41,190 bases of DNA, from the IMG/VR virus record IMGVR_UViG_3300017655_000277, positions 1-41,190 of that record; one strand, written 5' to 3'. The translations under genes were made by a program, and so were the position numbers. Below, in pieces: positions 8,180 to 16,971 of the stretch. The number at the start of each line of letters is the position of its first letter. Within the stretch, counting starts at the first letter, position 1. The DNA is from a virus (lineage: Duplodnaviria; Caudoviricetes). The notes below the pieces were generated by a model. That model was given only the letters and a program-made list of their open reading frames with translations. It was not told where the DNA came from and searched no databases.

Positions 8180-11100
8180 TTATTTTATTACTCTCACCGA
8201 AAACTTCACATTCGGCACCCCCGTTACGTTGGTGGTGTACGGATTGTGAATGGTAATGGTAATGGTGCCGCTGGTCAACACCTTTGCCGAGGCTATCAAT
8301 TGCGTCGGCCCGTCATGATTCACCACTACCACGTCGCTGGTAATTACCCCACTCACGGCGTAATTTTGGCTTAAAAGCGAATTAGCCGGCAGGGACGAAT
8401 CGGTTATTGCCATAGCCAAACTGTCAACTCTTATGATATTATCCTGCACGGCAGTGTTCATCTGCGCCATCGTCACAAACTCATCATTTGCAGTCGCATT
8501 AACGCCTTTCACCGGGCTAGTGAAGGTCTTTGTGCCGGTTATCGTAGCGTTGCCTGAAATCGGTACCGCTGACACATCCGCAGCCGTTAGCGTTACGTTC
8601 GCTGATAATGCCTTGCCATTTATTTGCCGGGTATTCGGTACTGCGTTCACAATCCTTGAATCATTACCCTGCGCAACTGTGCCAGCAGCTGTACCGAAAT
8701 TCTTGTTAAAGGCTGTGTTCTTGCTGAAAGCGGCTTCTTTACTGTTTAACTGTGTCTGAATGTTCGATGTGGCTCCGCTCAGGTAGGCTAGTTCTGTGGT
8801 GGTGGTGGCGCTCACCACAACCTTGCCCGATGCATTGCTACCTAAAGCTCTACCAGCGGTAAGATCACTGCTGGCAATAGTGGAAGCCGCTCCTGTGATG
8901 GTTGTTTGGTAATTCGCTGGATTGAAATTCCTGGTCGTAAAGACCATGTACCAGTCGGACCATGTACCAGTTGAGCGCGAACGCAGCCATATATCTTCTG
9001 TGTTCGCTCTATAAGGCCATACTACTTGTGTAGTGTTATCTCCTATATACTGTAAATTCTGTAAGTGCCAATAGGTACCAGTAGTTGGTTTATTAGCCCA
9101 CCCTTGCCCGGTTAGATTCTTGTAAAAACCCGGCGAAACAAAATCGTTAAAGTCTAAATTAGGTTGATTGCCACCTGTAGTCGCAGTGGCCTGATATAAA
9201 CTTCCTCTCGCGGGTATACCTTGTTCGCCATCAATGTAGTATCTACCATCTAGGCTAGTTGTCCAGTTGCCGCCAGTTTGCCGTAGTAATACAAGGTTTC
9301 CGTTGGCTGCATTAAAAGATACATCTGTCAATGACCTACTGTAAGCTGTATTCCAAGTGCCGATATCTCCAGTCGTAGGAATTAGATACCCACTAGCAGT
9401 TGCTACAGTGAATGAGGTGTTACCAGTTTGATTAGCTGTAAATGATGCTGTCCCCGTAAGACCGGTTCCTGTGTTTAGCGATAAAGTACCATTACCTATA
9501 GATGGCATAGCTGTACGGCCTAATACCCCACCTGCATCGGCAGTGACCAATTGAATTCCCGGACCAGTCAAGGTGCCTATGGTAGTGTTGGTGGATGAAA
9601 AGATAGACCTGTTAACGGCGTTAGTTCTGCCATTCGGGTATATGTAGACTACTCCGTTGTTAGATGGTGATGATAGCACAGTAGAACCCGAAGCAGCGGC
9701 CACTATTGTTGAACCTCCAATCAAATATCCTGCTGTACCGCTTTCAGGTACGTTTACACCGCCTTCATTAAGTTCTAGTTGAACGCCATTATTTTGGTAA
9801 CCTCTTATAAGGAATGATTGAGTGGCCGAAGTTCTTTGCCCGCCTCTAATGAATGCGCCATTTCCATTCGAGAACCCTATGTCAACGACACCACCAGTAA
9901 CTATAGATAAGTCACTTGTCGGTTGCCATCTGTGATTTGATACCCATTGTTTAACTCCTGCTATTGCTGATTGATTGCCTGTAGTATTCACATAATCAGT
10001 GGGTATGGTAGGTATCTGTGAGCTTACCCAGTCTCTATCGGCCAATGTTATCCAACCCGACCATGTATTAATCCCTGTGCCAAAATTTACACGTAATGTG
10101 TGGTCGCTTAATGTTCCGCTCTTCCAAAGCATCCAAGACTGCCGAAAGTCCGCTGTGCCTAAGCGATTAAATAATATGCCAGTTCCTACTTCGAGTGGGT
10201 ACCCCGTAGACCCTGTTGTGTTAGAAAATGGCCACAACCCTGCACCTACAGTAGCTGGCCAGCCTTCAACTATATCATCGATCACAGTCGCTCTGCCCAA
10301 TGACGATAGCGATACGCTGTTACCATTGCTGATAGATATTTGGCCGCTCGACGAACCTAAATATAGAGTCTGAGCCGAGGGTATTTGCGAGCCGACATAG
10401 GTAGCGACTGCTTGGGTGGTCGGGAACAATGTATTATTCAGCGTGCCGAAAGAAGTGGCTTTATTGGATGAACTTTCTTTTCCGTCCAACGCCGATTGCA
10501 ACCCAGTAACCTTGCTTATTGGCAAAGTCGGGATGTCACCAGCTGCTAACGAAGCTCCCCCAGTCGCGCGGCCATAGGCATCAAAGGTGGGTTTGGTATA
10601 TGCTCCGGGCGTAATTCCGCTAGGTGCTAAATCAAGCGTCCACTCCCTGTTTTGCGTGATGTCCTGCGCCCCGCCGCTAGCCACTATGCGTCCCGCTGTG
10701 CCGCTCACCGTCAGCGTGCGCGATGCAAGCGCCCGCGCGTTGATCTGTCCCTGCGCCTTGCCCAGTGCCTGCACAATGTTATCGGTGCTTACCATCACAC
10801 TGTTGGTGGCCGCATAGCCGGTTATAGGCGTGGCCCGCACCCGGGGCTGCGTGAAGTATTGATTGGTGCCTTCTGTTACCTGCGTGGTGGAGTAGTCGCC
10901 TACCTCGGCCGTTACACCGCCATCACGGCCAAACACGGATGTCACAACGCCGCCCGTCCCGCTGCCGGGTACGCTGTTGTAGGTAATCGTATTCGTGGCC
11001 GGGTTGAAGCTTACCGAAGCGTCGCCGGTCGCAGCAAAGCGAATCTTTTCATTGTTCCCTATCGGGAACTGCGTGGTGCCGCCAGCATTTGCAATGTCGA

Positions 11101-11731
11101 TGCTCACTTCATCCAGTTGTTTCTTGCCCACGTTCCCGCTGCCGTCAACCACTAGGAAATCCGTAGCGCTGGCCATTGTAGCCAACGATGGTAGTTGAAG
11201 TTCCGTCACTTCCGCCGCCTCGGCTATCAGATCGGCGACCGTTAGGGTGTTGTCCGTTTCATCGTCAACATCCTTGCGCAGGAAGCGGTTATTTAGATAT
11301 GTGTCGTTAAGCCCAATGCTCACACTGCCGCTGGCCAGCGATCCGCCTACGTCCAGCCCGCCCGAGTTAGTGATCGTTGCCGTCTTATCGACCTTTCCGG
11401 CCAATAACACATCAGCCGCAGCCTTCGTATAAAAGTCATCTAGTGCACTAGCATCCGCTTTCAACGCCAAAAAAGCATTAATCTGCGACTGTGTGTAAAA
11501 ATCAGCAAGGGCGGCTGCATCGGCTTTCAACGCCAGCAACGAATCCACATTATGCCAGCTGCCCAAGTTTATGTATGGCCCGCGGCCCGTCCATATGTTG
11601 CCCTGCAAATCTTTGAAAAGTTGATTACCGTATGGCAGCGCCCCACTCGGCAGATTAGGCTGTGTCTGCGCTGCACTGGTAAGCGCACAAACGACAAAAA
11701 ACAACGTTAATAACCGTCTCATTTCTCTCAT
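8180..11731 (-). CDS. Tail fibre-like protein, 1183 aa, with N-terminal signal peptide and two knob-like domains
   Basis: Fibre motifs VTSVFGRDG, GAYTKPTFDAYGR, ISKVTGLQSALDGK, GTAAGTVAQGNDSR and RQINGKALSANVTL; pyocin-knob-like segments ending TWSGW and TWSDW; N-terminus MRRLLTLFFVVCALTSAA|Q. Confidence 0.85.
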   Translation of the reverse strand: MREMRRLLTLFFVVCALTSAAQTQPNLPSGALPYGNQLFKDLQGNIWTGRGPYINLGSWHNVDSLLALKADAAALADFYTQSQINAFLALKADASALDDFYTKAAADVLLAGKVDKTATITNSGGLDVGGSLASGSVSIGLNDTYLNNRFLRKDVDDETDNTLTVADLIAEAAEVTELQLPSLATMASATDFLVVDGSGNVGKKQLDEVSIDIANAGGTTQFPIGNNEKIRFAATGDASVSFNPATNTITYNSVPGSGTGGVVTSVFGRDGGVTAEVGDYSTTQVTEGTNQYFTQPRVRATPITGYAATNSVMVSTDNIVQALGKAQGQINARALASRTLTVSGTAGRIVASGGAQDITQNREWTLDLAPSGITPGAYTKPTFDAYGRATGGASLAAGDIPTLPISKVTGLQSALDGKESSSNKATSFGTLNNTLFPTTQAVATYVGSQIPSAQTLYLGSSSGQISISNGNSVSLSSLGRATVIDDIVEGWPATVGAGLWPFSNTTGSTGYPLEVGTGILFNRLGTADFRQSWMLWKSGTLSDHTLRVNFGTGINTWSGWITLADRDWVSSQIPTIPTDYVNTTGNQSAIAGVKQWVSNHRWQPTSDLSIVTGGVVDIGFSNGNGAFIRGGQRTSATQSFLIRGYQNNGVQLELNEGGVNVPESGTAGYLIGGSTIVAAASGSTVLSSPSNNGVVYIYPNGRTNAVNRSIFSSTNTTIGTLTGPGIQLVTADAGGVLGRTAMPSIGNGTLSLNTGTGLTGTASFTANQTGNTSFTVATASGYLIPTTGDIGTWNTAYSRSLTDVSFNAANGNLVLLRQTGGNWTTSLDGRYYIDGEQGIPARGSLYQATATTGGNQPNLDFNDFVSPGFYKNLTGQGWANKPTTGTYWHLQNLQYIGDNTTQVVWPYRANTEDIWLRSRSTGTWSDWYMVFTTRNFNPANYQTTITGAASTIASSDLTAGRALGSNASGKVVVSATTTTELAYLSGATSNIQTQLNSKEAAFSKNTAFNKNFGTAAGTVAQGNDSRIVNAVPNTRQINGKALSANVTLTAADVSAVPISGNATITGTKTFTSPVKGVNATANDEFVTMAQMNTAVQDNIIRVDSLAMAITDSSLPANSLLSQNYAVSGVITSDVVVVNHDGPTQLIASAKVLTSGTITITIHNPYTTNVTGVPNVKFSVRVIK
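11384..11540 (-). repeat. Tandem 22-aa repeat in the fibre N-terminal shaft
   Basis: LALKADAAALADFYTQSQINAF / LALKADASALDDFYTKAAADVL; DNA GCTTTCAACGCCA recurs 66 bp apart (11457, 11523). Confidence 0.8.
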
Positions 11732-13905
11732 CTTACTATTTTATCAAAACCACTTTGCATCCATTCATCCGCCGCCACTTTCTCCCAGCGCTGATAGCTG
11801 CTCTCACTATACAGTACATCACCTATCCGGGCATTAGCAAAAGCTGCTGACAATTCGGTGAATACGGCCCCATACCCCAAGGTATCATCCCGCCTGTACA
11901 CCGCTCCATCCAGCACACGCTCCCAATCTGCACCAGCCTCGCCCGGCTCACTTACGTTATCCTCCGCCGTACTTTTCCAAAGCACACCATTATGCACCAC
12001 GAAAATTCCCGCGCTGTATACCTCGCTATCTTCTTCATCAGGTTCCGGCAGTACCCAGTCGCCTCGAAAAGTCCACGTGGTATCCAGCTGCTCATACACA
12101 AATCCTTCAGTCACGTACTGGTCGTGCGTATGGTTAAGTGGCGCTTTACCATTAATCGCAATCTGCTTAGCCGCCAAATCCGCGTTCGTCGCCGCCGCAT
12201 AGGCAACGAGCGCATTCTGTACCGCCGCTACCTTAGCATCAATCTCCGCGCGATTGTAGGTTTCCGTTTTCAGATAATACCTATCATCAAAATTTTCCGG
12301 ATCAGAGGGTGGGGGAGGGATATACCCGCTCAGATCAGGCGTGTAAGCATACTCATCGGTTTCCTCATCCGCCGTAAAAAGCTCTTCACTGTACCGGCTA
12401 CCCACCTCAAAAGCCAGGGCAAACAGGTTGTTGCCATCTTGAAACTCATTGATGTTTTTGCTCACCAGCGTAATAGGGTAGAAGCGTCCATTTTTGTACG
12501 CAAACTTTTCCGTACTCAAAAAGAAATCCCTGAAGCCCCGCAGCTGCCGCCTGGTCATGTAGCCCGTGTTCACCTCTTCACTATCCGTCAGCCGCACATC
12601 AAAATCAATGCTATCGCCATCTGTCAACACAAAATCAGCCATCCGCGTCAGCGTAGCCCGCTGCTGCACCACCTCATAGCCCTTGCTTTTTCGGCCATAT
12701 ACATACACCCCTTCATACCCCCCGAAACTGTTTTCATACACAAAGAATCGTGTGTAGGGCTCATACCGGTAGTTGATGGTAAACCGCATCACCTCCGTGC
12801 GCACACCCCCAGCGTCTTCCAGCCACACCTCATAAGTCGCGGGCACCTTTTCAGCATCCTGCAAGTGCACCCCCAGCTGCTTCATGCCCGCGGGTATCAT
12901 CACCCGCATAAATTCCGGTACCGCGGCAAACGTATCGGCCGTATAGGTCACGTCCGTATTGTCAGAAAAAAGCACCTTCACCCGCACGTCCAAATCCACA
13001 AGCTGCCCGCCCGAAAAATTCACCGCATACAAGTAGTCGGGCTGGTCGGGTTTCACCACGCGGTAGCCGCCGCTTTGGTCCATCCACTTCAATTTTCCGG
13101 CAGATACAAACCAACCCGGAAAAGAGCGCTCTGCCAGCATCCCCTTGCTGAAGCCGCCATATACACCCCACTTCACAGCCGTGTCCGTTATTATGCCCAC
13201 CCGTTGCGGTTGCCCCAGCATCTCGGCGTACCGCACAAAAAAGCGACGGACGGTGCGGCCGCTGGTCTCAAACACCGGCAAAGAAAGGTTAGGCCGATCA
13301 TGTCCATCCGCCAGCAGTGCCGTTGTTAGCGCTTCCGAAACATCCCACACCACGTGCCCGTTATCGTCCGGCTCCAATACCGCCTGCACAAACAGCTCAT
13401 ACCCGCCGTCCAAGCCCATCACATACAGCTCCGCCAGCACCTTCAAGTTGGCCGTAAACAAGGCAGGCACGCCGCTCTGCTGCCAACCCATTGTTATTCC
13501 TACGCCATCTAACAGCGTCACATCATACGCATCACTATTTACCCGCGCACTAAGCGCTATTGTATTATCAGAAACGGCCGTAAGCTCAAAATCCCGGTTC
13601 AAGTAATAATTGCGGCTCAACGCCGCCAACACTTTATCACGCCATTCCGCCATCGTCTCAACGCCATCCCATGCAGGTAACCGCAAGCCGCTGCCATCAA
13701 TGACATCCACAAAAACAAAAAAAAGCGTTGTCCCCCCATACTCCAACCTCATCACCACACCATCCGTTCGCGGACTGGAAAACACCAAATGCCCTACAAA
13801 CGGCCTACCCTCGTTCGCATAGCGCCTATCCGTATGGAAGCCGAAAACAACCGGATTACGGCTGAAAACCGCCGCCCCGGGCTCACGTGTAAGGGTTATC
13901 GCCAT
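11728..13905 (-). CDS. Tail structural protein, 725 aa, with C-terminal fibre-like and CBM5/12-like segments
   Basis: FSRNPVVF N-terminus and FVYENSFGGYE motif seen in Bacteroidota phage tail proteins; YNRAEIDAK and HTH shaft motifs; YSAGIFVVHNGVLWKS...PG....W segment. Confidence 0.7.
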   Translation of the reverse strand: MAITLTREPGAAVFSRNPVVFGFHTDRRYANEGRPFVGHLVFSSPRTDGVVMRLEYGGTTLFFVFVDVIDGSGLRLPAWDGVETMAEWRDKVLAALSRNYYLNRDFELTAVSDNTIALSARVNSDAYDVTLLDGVGITMGWQQSGVPALFTANLKVLAELYVMGLDGGYELFVQAVLEPDDNGHVVWDVSEALTTALLADGHDRPNLSLPVFETSGRTVRRFFVRYAEMLGQPQRVGIITDTAVKWGVYGGFSKGMLAERSFPGWFVSAGKLKWMDQSGGYRVVKPDQPDYLYAVNFSGGQLVDLDVRVKVLFSDNTDVTYTADTFAAVPEFMRVMIPAGMKQLGVHLQDAEKVPATYEVWLEDAGGVRTEVMRFTINYRYEPYTRFFVYENSFGGYEGVYVYGRKSKGYEVVQQRATLTRMADFVLTDGDSIDFDVRLTDSEEVNTGYMTRRQLRGFRDFFLSTEKFAYKNGRFYPITLVSKNINEFQDGNNLFALAFEVGSRYSEELFTADEETDEYAYTPDLSGYIPPPPSDPENFDDRYYLKTETYNRAEIDAKVAAVQNALVAYAAATNADLAAKQIAINGKAPLNHTHDQYVTEGFVYEQLDTTWTFRGDWVLPEPDEEDSEVYSAGIFVVHNGVLWKSTAEDNVSEPGEAGADWERVLDGAVYRRDDTLGYGAVFTELSAAFANARIGDVLYSESSYQRWEKVAADEWMQSGFDKIVR

Positions 13906-13946
13906 AGCCCAAAAATCCCCCTATACACTAAAAAGAGAAAGGACAT
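13906..13946 (-). promoter_or_regulatory. Putative late promoter copy 3 (overlaps the 3' end of the upstream gene)
   Basis: Minus strand reads ATGTCCTTT-N20-GATTTTTG-GGCT-ATG(13905). Confidence 0.7.
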
Positions 13947-14410
13947 ATAAACCGGAAAGTAAACAGGTAACCGTAGTACTGCGACGCCAATGGGCCCACC
14001 GGCGTGTAAGAAACATTGTTGATCCGCATGTGTACAATCTCCCCCGGCTTCACCACACCCGCCCGCGAATCCTTTCGTATCTGCGTAATGATGGCCTTGC
14101 CTATTTCCCGGCACCGGTGGCGCACGTCCCGCGTCGGTTCCTTACCGCGCCGCTTATCCACGATCATAAAGCCGCCCATCATCGTGTCCGTGTAGTTCGC
14201 CGAATCGTTGTCATCCAGCTCACCCTCGTTCAGCTCCGCCAGCATCGCCGGGAAAGCCGCAAAGTTCCGCAGCGCCTGGTCAAACTCTTCCAAATCATAC
14301 GGATCATCCAACCCGTAAAATGCCACCTTCTTATTGGCTGGGTCGTGCGGTATATCCGCGTGCTGCACCGCCTTCGCTTCCAGGAAATCAAAAAAATCAG
14401 CTATCGTCAT
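13928..14410 (-). CDS. Putative tail terminator / head-tail joining protein, 160 aa
   Basis: Size, position and C-terminal beta-strand pattern (YTPVGP...YYGYLFTF); ATGA-coupled to the upstream gene. Confidence 0.5.
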   Translation of the reverse strand: MTIADFFDFLEAKAVQHADIPHDPANKKVAFYGLDDPYDLEEFDQALRNFAAFPAMLAELNEGELDDNDSANYTDTMMGGFMIVDKRRGKEPTRDVRHRCREIGKAIITQIRKDSRAGVVKPGEIVHMRINNVSYTPVGPLASQYYGYLFTFRFICPFSF

Positions 14411-15210
14411 ACCGTTCCCCCTTTCCGCTGGCGCGCATCGTACTCCTCCAGCCGTTGCGTCATATGTTTAAAAAATACGTGCATATTCACCTCATTCGTC
14501 TCCGCATACGTCCCCAGCTTATCACCGCTAAAAGCCAAAATATGCGTATCCAAATCCACCAGCTTCCACGGTTGTGGCCTACCGTCCGTTTGGTCCCCGC
14601 CGGTTGCCTTCACGAATACCCTTGGATAAAGCTTCCGTACCGCAGCCCGGCAACCCTCGTAATAAAGCAGAATCGCATGCAACCAGTTCGGATGCAACAG
14701 CCGGAAAAGCCGCGCCCTGCGGTTAATACGCCGCTCCACCATCCGCTCGCGCACATCATCCGCTCCACCTTTACCTTTCGGCCGGAAAAGCGTCGCCGCC
14801 AGCAACCGCAATAATTGCGGGTCCCGCGAACGCAGCCAGTGCTGGTAATAAATCTCCGTGCGCCTAAACTCCCCAATGCTCACGTTGGCCAGCCTGCCCA
14901 CCGGACCGTGGTACGCCCGGCCCAATAACCGCACGCGGCCGATCACATTCGTGGTCAGCCTATTCTCACCATCAAGAAAACCCAAGCTTTCCGCCAGCTT
15001 AAACCGCTGGCCCGGGGAAAGCCAGCTAAGCAGATCCAGCGGAATTTTATAAAACAGCAGCACCGCAGCCGCCAGCGCATCCTCTACCGATATCGCTTGC
15101 CGCACAATGCCGCACCAGGCAAAAATCTGCCGCCGCGTCAGCTCATTCCATTCCGATGGCGCACGGTAATACCTCCGCTTACCCCTACGTTCAATATGTA
15201 TCGTGTTCAT
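14407..15210 (-). CDS. Conserved phage protein, possible tail assembly chaperone (start revised to MNTIHIE)
   Basis: ATG at 15210 overlaps the upstream stop (ATGA); the PSEWNELT and SIGEF...E motifs occur in tail-region proteins. The ORF-track extension to 15294 overlaps the spanin-like gene. Confidence 0.55.
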   Translation of the reverse strand: MNTIHIERRGKRRYYRAPSEWNELTRRQIFAWCGIVRQAISVEDALAAAVLLFYKIPLDLLSWLSPGQRFKLAESLGFLDGENRLTTNVIGRVRLLGRAYHGPVGRLANVSIGEFRRTEIYYQHWLRSRDPQLLRLLAATLFRPKGKGGADDVRERMVERRINRRARLFRLLHPNWLHAILLYYEGCRAAVRKLYPRVFVKATGGDQTDGRPQPWKLVDLDTHILAFSGDKLGTYAETNEVNMHVFFKHMTQRLEEYDARQRKGGTV

Positions 15211-15755
15211 CGCCTCAAATAATATCGCACCAGCACATATAAAAACACCAGCACCAGCGCAATGCCCCCCAGCCACACCCAAACCCCTTTCCACGATGCC
15301 GTACCCGTGCGCTCATCCGCCTTGTGCTTTTCGTTAACTTCCAACTGCGAGTTATCCCGTTCCGATTTCCCCGCTTGCTCCAGCGTCAGCCGTTCGCCCG
15401 ATCCCGACACATCCGAAGGCGGTAATACAAGCGCACCGCTCAGCACATTACCCAAGCTATCCAGCCCCATCTGCAGCTCAAACAACGGATTGACCACCCG
15501 TAGCCAGCCGTCTACGAAATTGCCACCAAACGAATACGATTGCCCAGGCATCCGTTGCTGCACATTCCATCGCTCCAGCACTAGCCGTTTGCTCGTATCC
15601 ACCCGCGCCACATCAAGCAACACCGAAGCATCCACCTTATCCAGCCGCCTATCGCGCGTCGAATCCCTAAATACCCCGCAACCCGATATCGCGAAAATCA
15701 ATACCCATTCCCACACGTGCCATGCCACCGGCATCTTTGCCCCGCGCCACCTCAT
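15207..15755 (-). CDS. Putative unimolecular spanin (lipoprotein with C-terminal TM helix)
   Basis: Lipobox-like LIFAISG|C at the N-terminus; C-terminal VWVWLGGIALVLVFLYVLV helix followed by RYYLRR; lies downstream of the endolysin. Confidence 0.7.
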   Translation of the reverse strand: MRWRGAKMPVAWHVWEWVLIFAISGCGVFRDSTRDRRLDKVDASVLLDVARVDTSKRLVLERWNVQQRMPGQSYSFGGNFVDGWLRVVNPLFELQMGLDSLGNVLSGALVLPPSDVSGSGERLTLEQAGKSERDNSQLEVNEKHKADERTGTASWKGVWVWLGGIALVLVFLYVLVRYYLRR

Positions 15756-15931
15756 TCCACCTCCGCAAGCTGGCTCGTAAGCGCCTCAAGTTCCATCACC
15801 TTCCGCTCCAACGAGTCCACACTGATTCCCAGCTCACGCGCCGCAACACCGATCGTACGCCGCTCGCGCACCCGGTTTGAAGTACTACCCAATAACAGCA
15901 GCACTACTGCAACAAATAATAGCCGTTTCAT
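15752..15931 (-). CDS. Small signal-peptide / coiled-coil protein, 59 aa (not in the ORF track)
   Basis: Hand translation MKRLLFVAVVLLLLGSTSNRVRERRTIGVAARELGISVDSLERKVMELEALTSQLAEVE*; stop overlaps the next start (ATGA). Confidence 0.7.
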   Translation of the reverse strand: MKRLLFVAVVLLLLGSTSNRVRERRTIGVAARELGISVDSLERKVMELEALTSQLAEVE

Positions 15932-15935
15932 ATTG

Positions 15936-16295
15936 CTACCTCCTTTTCTTATTTAAATCCTCAACCGCTTCCGAAAGCTTTTCCAGCAACGGGGCCGTTT
16001 TCTGCGCCATCGTGTCCACCTTCGCCCGCGCACTATCCGTATTCTCACGCATCTGCGATATTTCGGGCTCCAGCCGCCGCAGCACCTGGTTGTATATAAA
16101 ATCCTCTGATCGCTTCAACCGCGCCTCACTATCCACCGCCCGCACGTTATACACCCGCCTCAGATCGTAACCCAAAAAGCCAATAAGCGCAAACAACAGC
16201 ACCATTATCGAAGCCCGCGTTTTCGTATCAAAGAGCCCAACCAGCTCCGAAAAATTCTTTACCAACCAATTCACTTTCTTTTCATCCATAAGCAT
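15936..16295 (-). CDS. Single-TM membrane protein of the lysis cassette (holin or spanin-like); start revised
   Basis: One TM helix (IMVLLFALIGFLGY) followed by a helical coiled-coil; ATG 4 nt after the endolysin stop. Confidence 0.55.
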   Translation of the reverse strand: MLMDEKKVNWLVKNFSELVGLFDTKTRASIMVLLFALIGFLGYDLRRVYNVRAVDSEARLKRSEDFIYNQVLRRLEPEISQMRENTDSARAKVDTMAQKTAPLLEKLSEAVEDLNKKRR

Positions 16296-16299
16296 GATA

Positions 16300-16971
16300 T
16301 CACGCAACCGTTCGCAAGGCCGCACTTTCAAAAACATCAGCAATCGCCGCTATCAAACGCGCTTGGTCAAGTCCATTCACTACCTGCCTCGCATTCACGA
16401 AGTCCCGTAAGCCACCCGCCACATAATCCGATAGACGGTGCATGCCCCGTGTAAACCATCCTTCCAAGCAACCCACAACCAAAATTTTGCTCGATACCAA
16501 CTCATCCAACGCCAAATCAGGATCAGCCAGTAAGTCCACACCCGTTTTTTCACTTGCAAACACGTAGTTGTTGCGCCCCGTGATATGCACATCACCACGG
16601 CCACGGTAGTTCCACCCGTCATCCGTGCCCGGTCGATTTCCGAGCCTTCCGTTATACACAAAGTTTGCAAGTCCGCGCGGGTTGCGCACGTACGGCGCCG
16701 CGCTAGCCAGCGTCGGGAAACGGCTCGGCCACACCTCCCTAATCCGCATCGCACTCGTATAGTTCAGGTTTTCATAATTCGGCTGCATCGCCTTATTCGT
16801 CTCGTGATATGAAGTTGCCAGCAAGTACGCCAATTGCGAAAAACCGCCGCTGGGTAACCGCTCCACATAATAGCGGTCTATTATACGATCAATCCCAACT
16901 TTTTGGGCTTGCAGTATCCGGCCATTGAATAGGTTTAGTCGTAGATGATCCCAAAAAATATCCGGTCTCAT
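16300..16971 (-). CDS. Endolysin, glycoside hydrolase family 19 (chitinase-like)
   Basis: QLAYLLATSYHET, ENLNY, YRGRGDVHITGRNNY and ARQVVNG motifs. Confidence 0.9.
   Translation of the reverse strand: MRPDIFWDHLRLNLFNGRILQAQKVGIDRIIDRYYVERLPSGGFSQLAYLLATSYHETNKAMQPNYENLNYTSAMRIREVWPSRFPTLASAAPYVRNPRGLANFVYNGRLGNRPGTDDGWNYRGRGDVHITGRNNYVFASEKTGVDLLADPDLALDELVSSKILVVGCLEGWFTRGMHRLSDYVAGGLRDFVNARQVVNGLDQARLIAAIADVFESAALRTVA

Noticed and set aside
11992-13329. 445-aa plus-strand ORF opposite the tail protein, and similar shadow ORFs elsewhere
   Set aside because: Entirely antisense to a well-supported gene, with His/Arg/Pro-rich composition typical of non-coding frames.
8180-13905. Diversity-generating retroelement or invertible fibre cassette
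   Set aside because: No reverse transcriptase or serine invertase in the ORF track, and I saw no template/variable repeat pair; a self dot-plot would be the decisive check.
5313-15210. Contractile tail, tailocin or eCIS
   Set aside because: No sheath or baseplate-wedge motifs recognised, and full head, packaging and replication modules are present.
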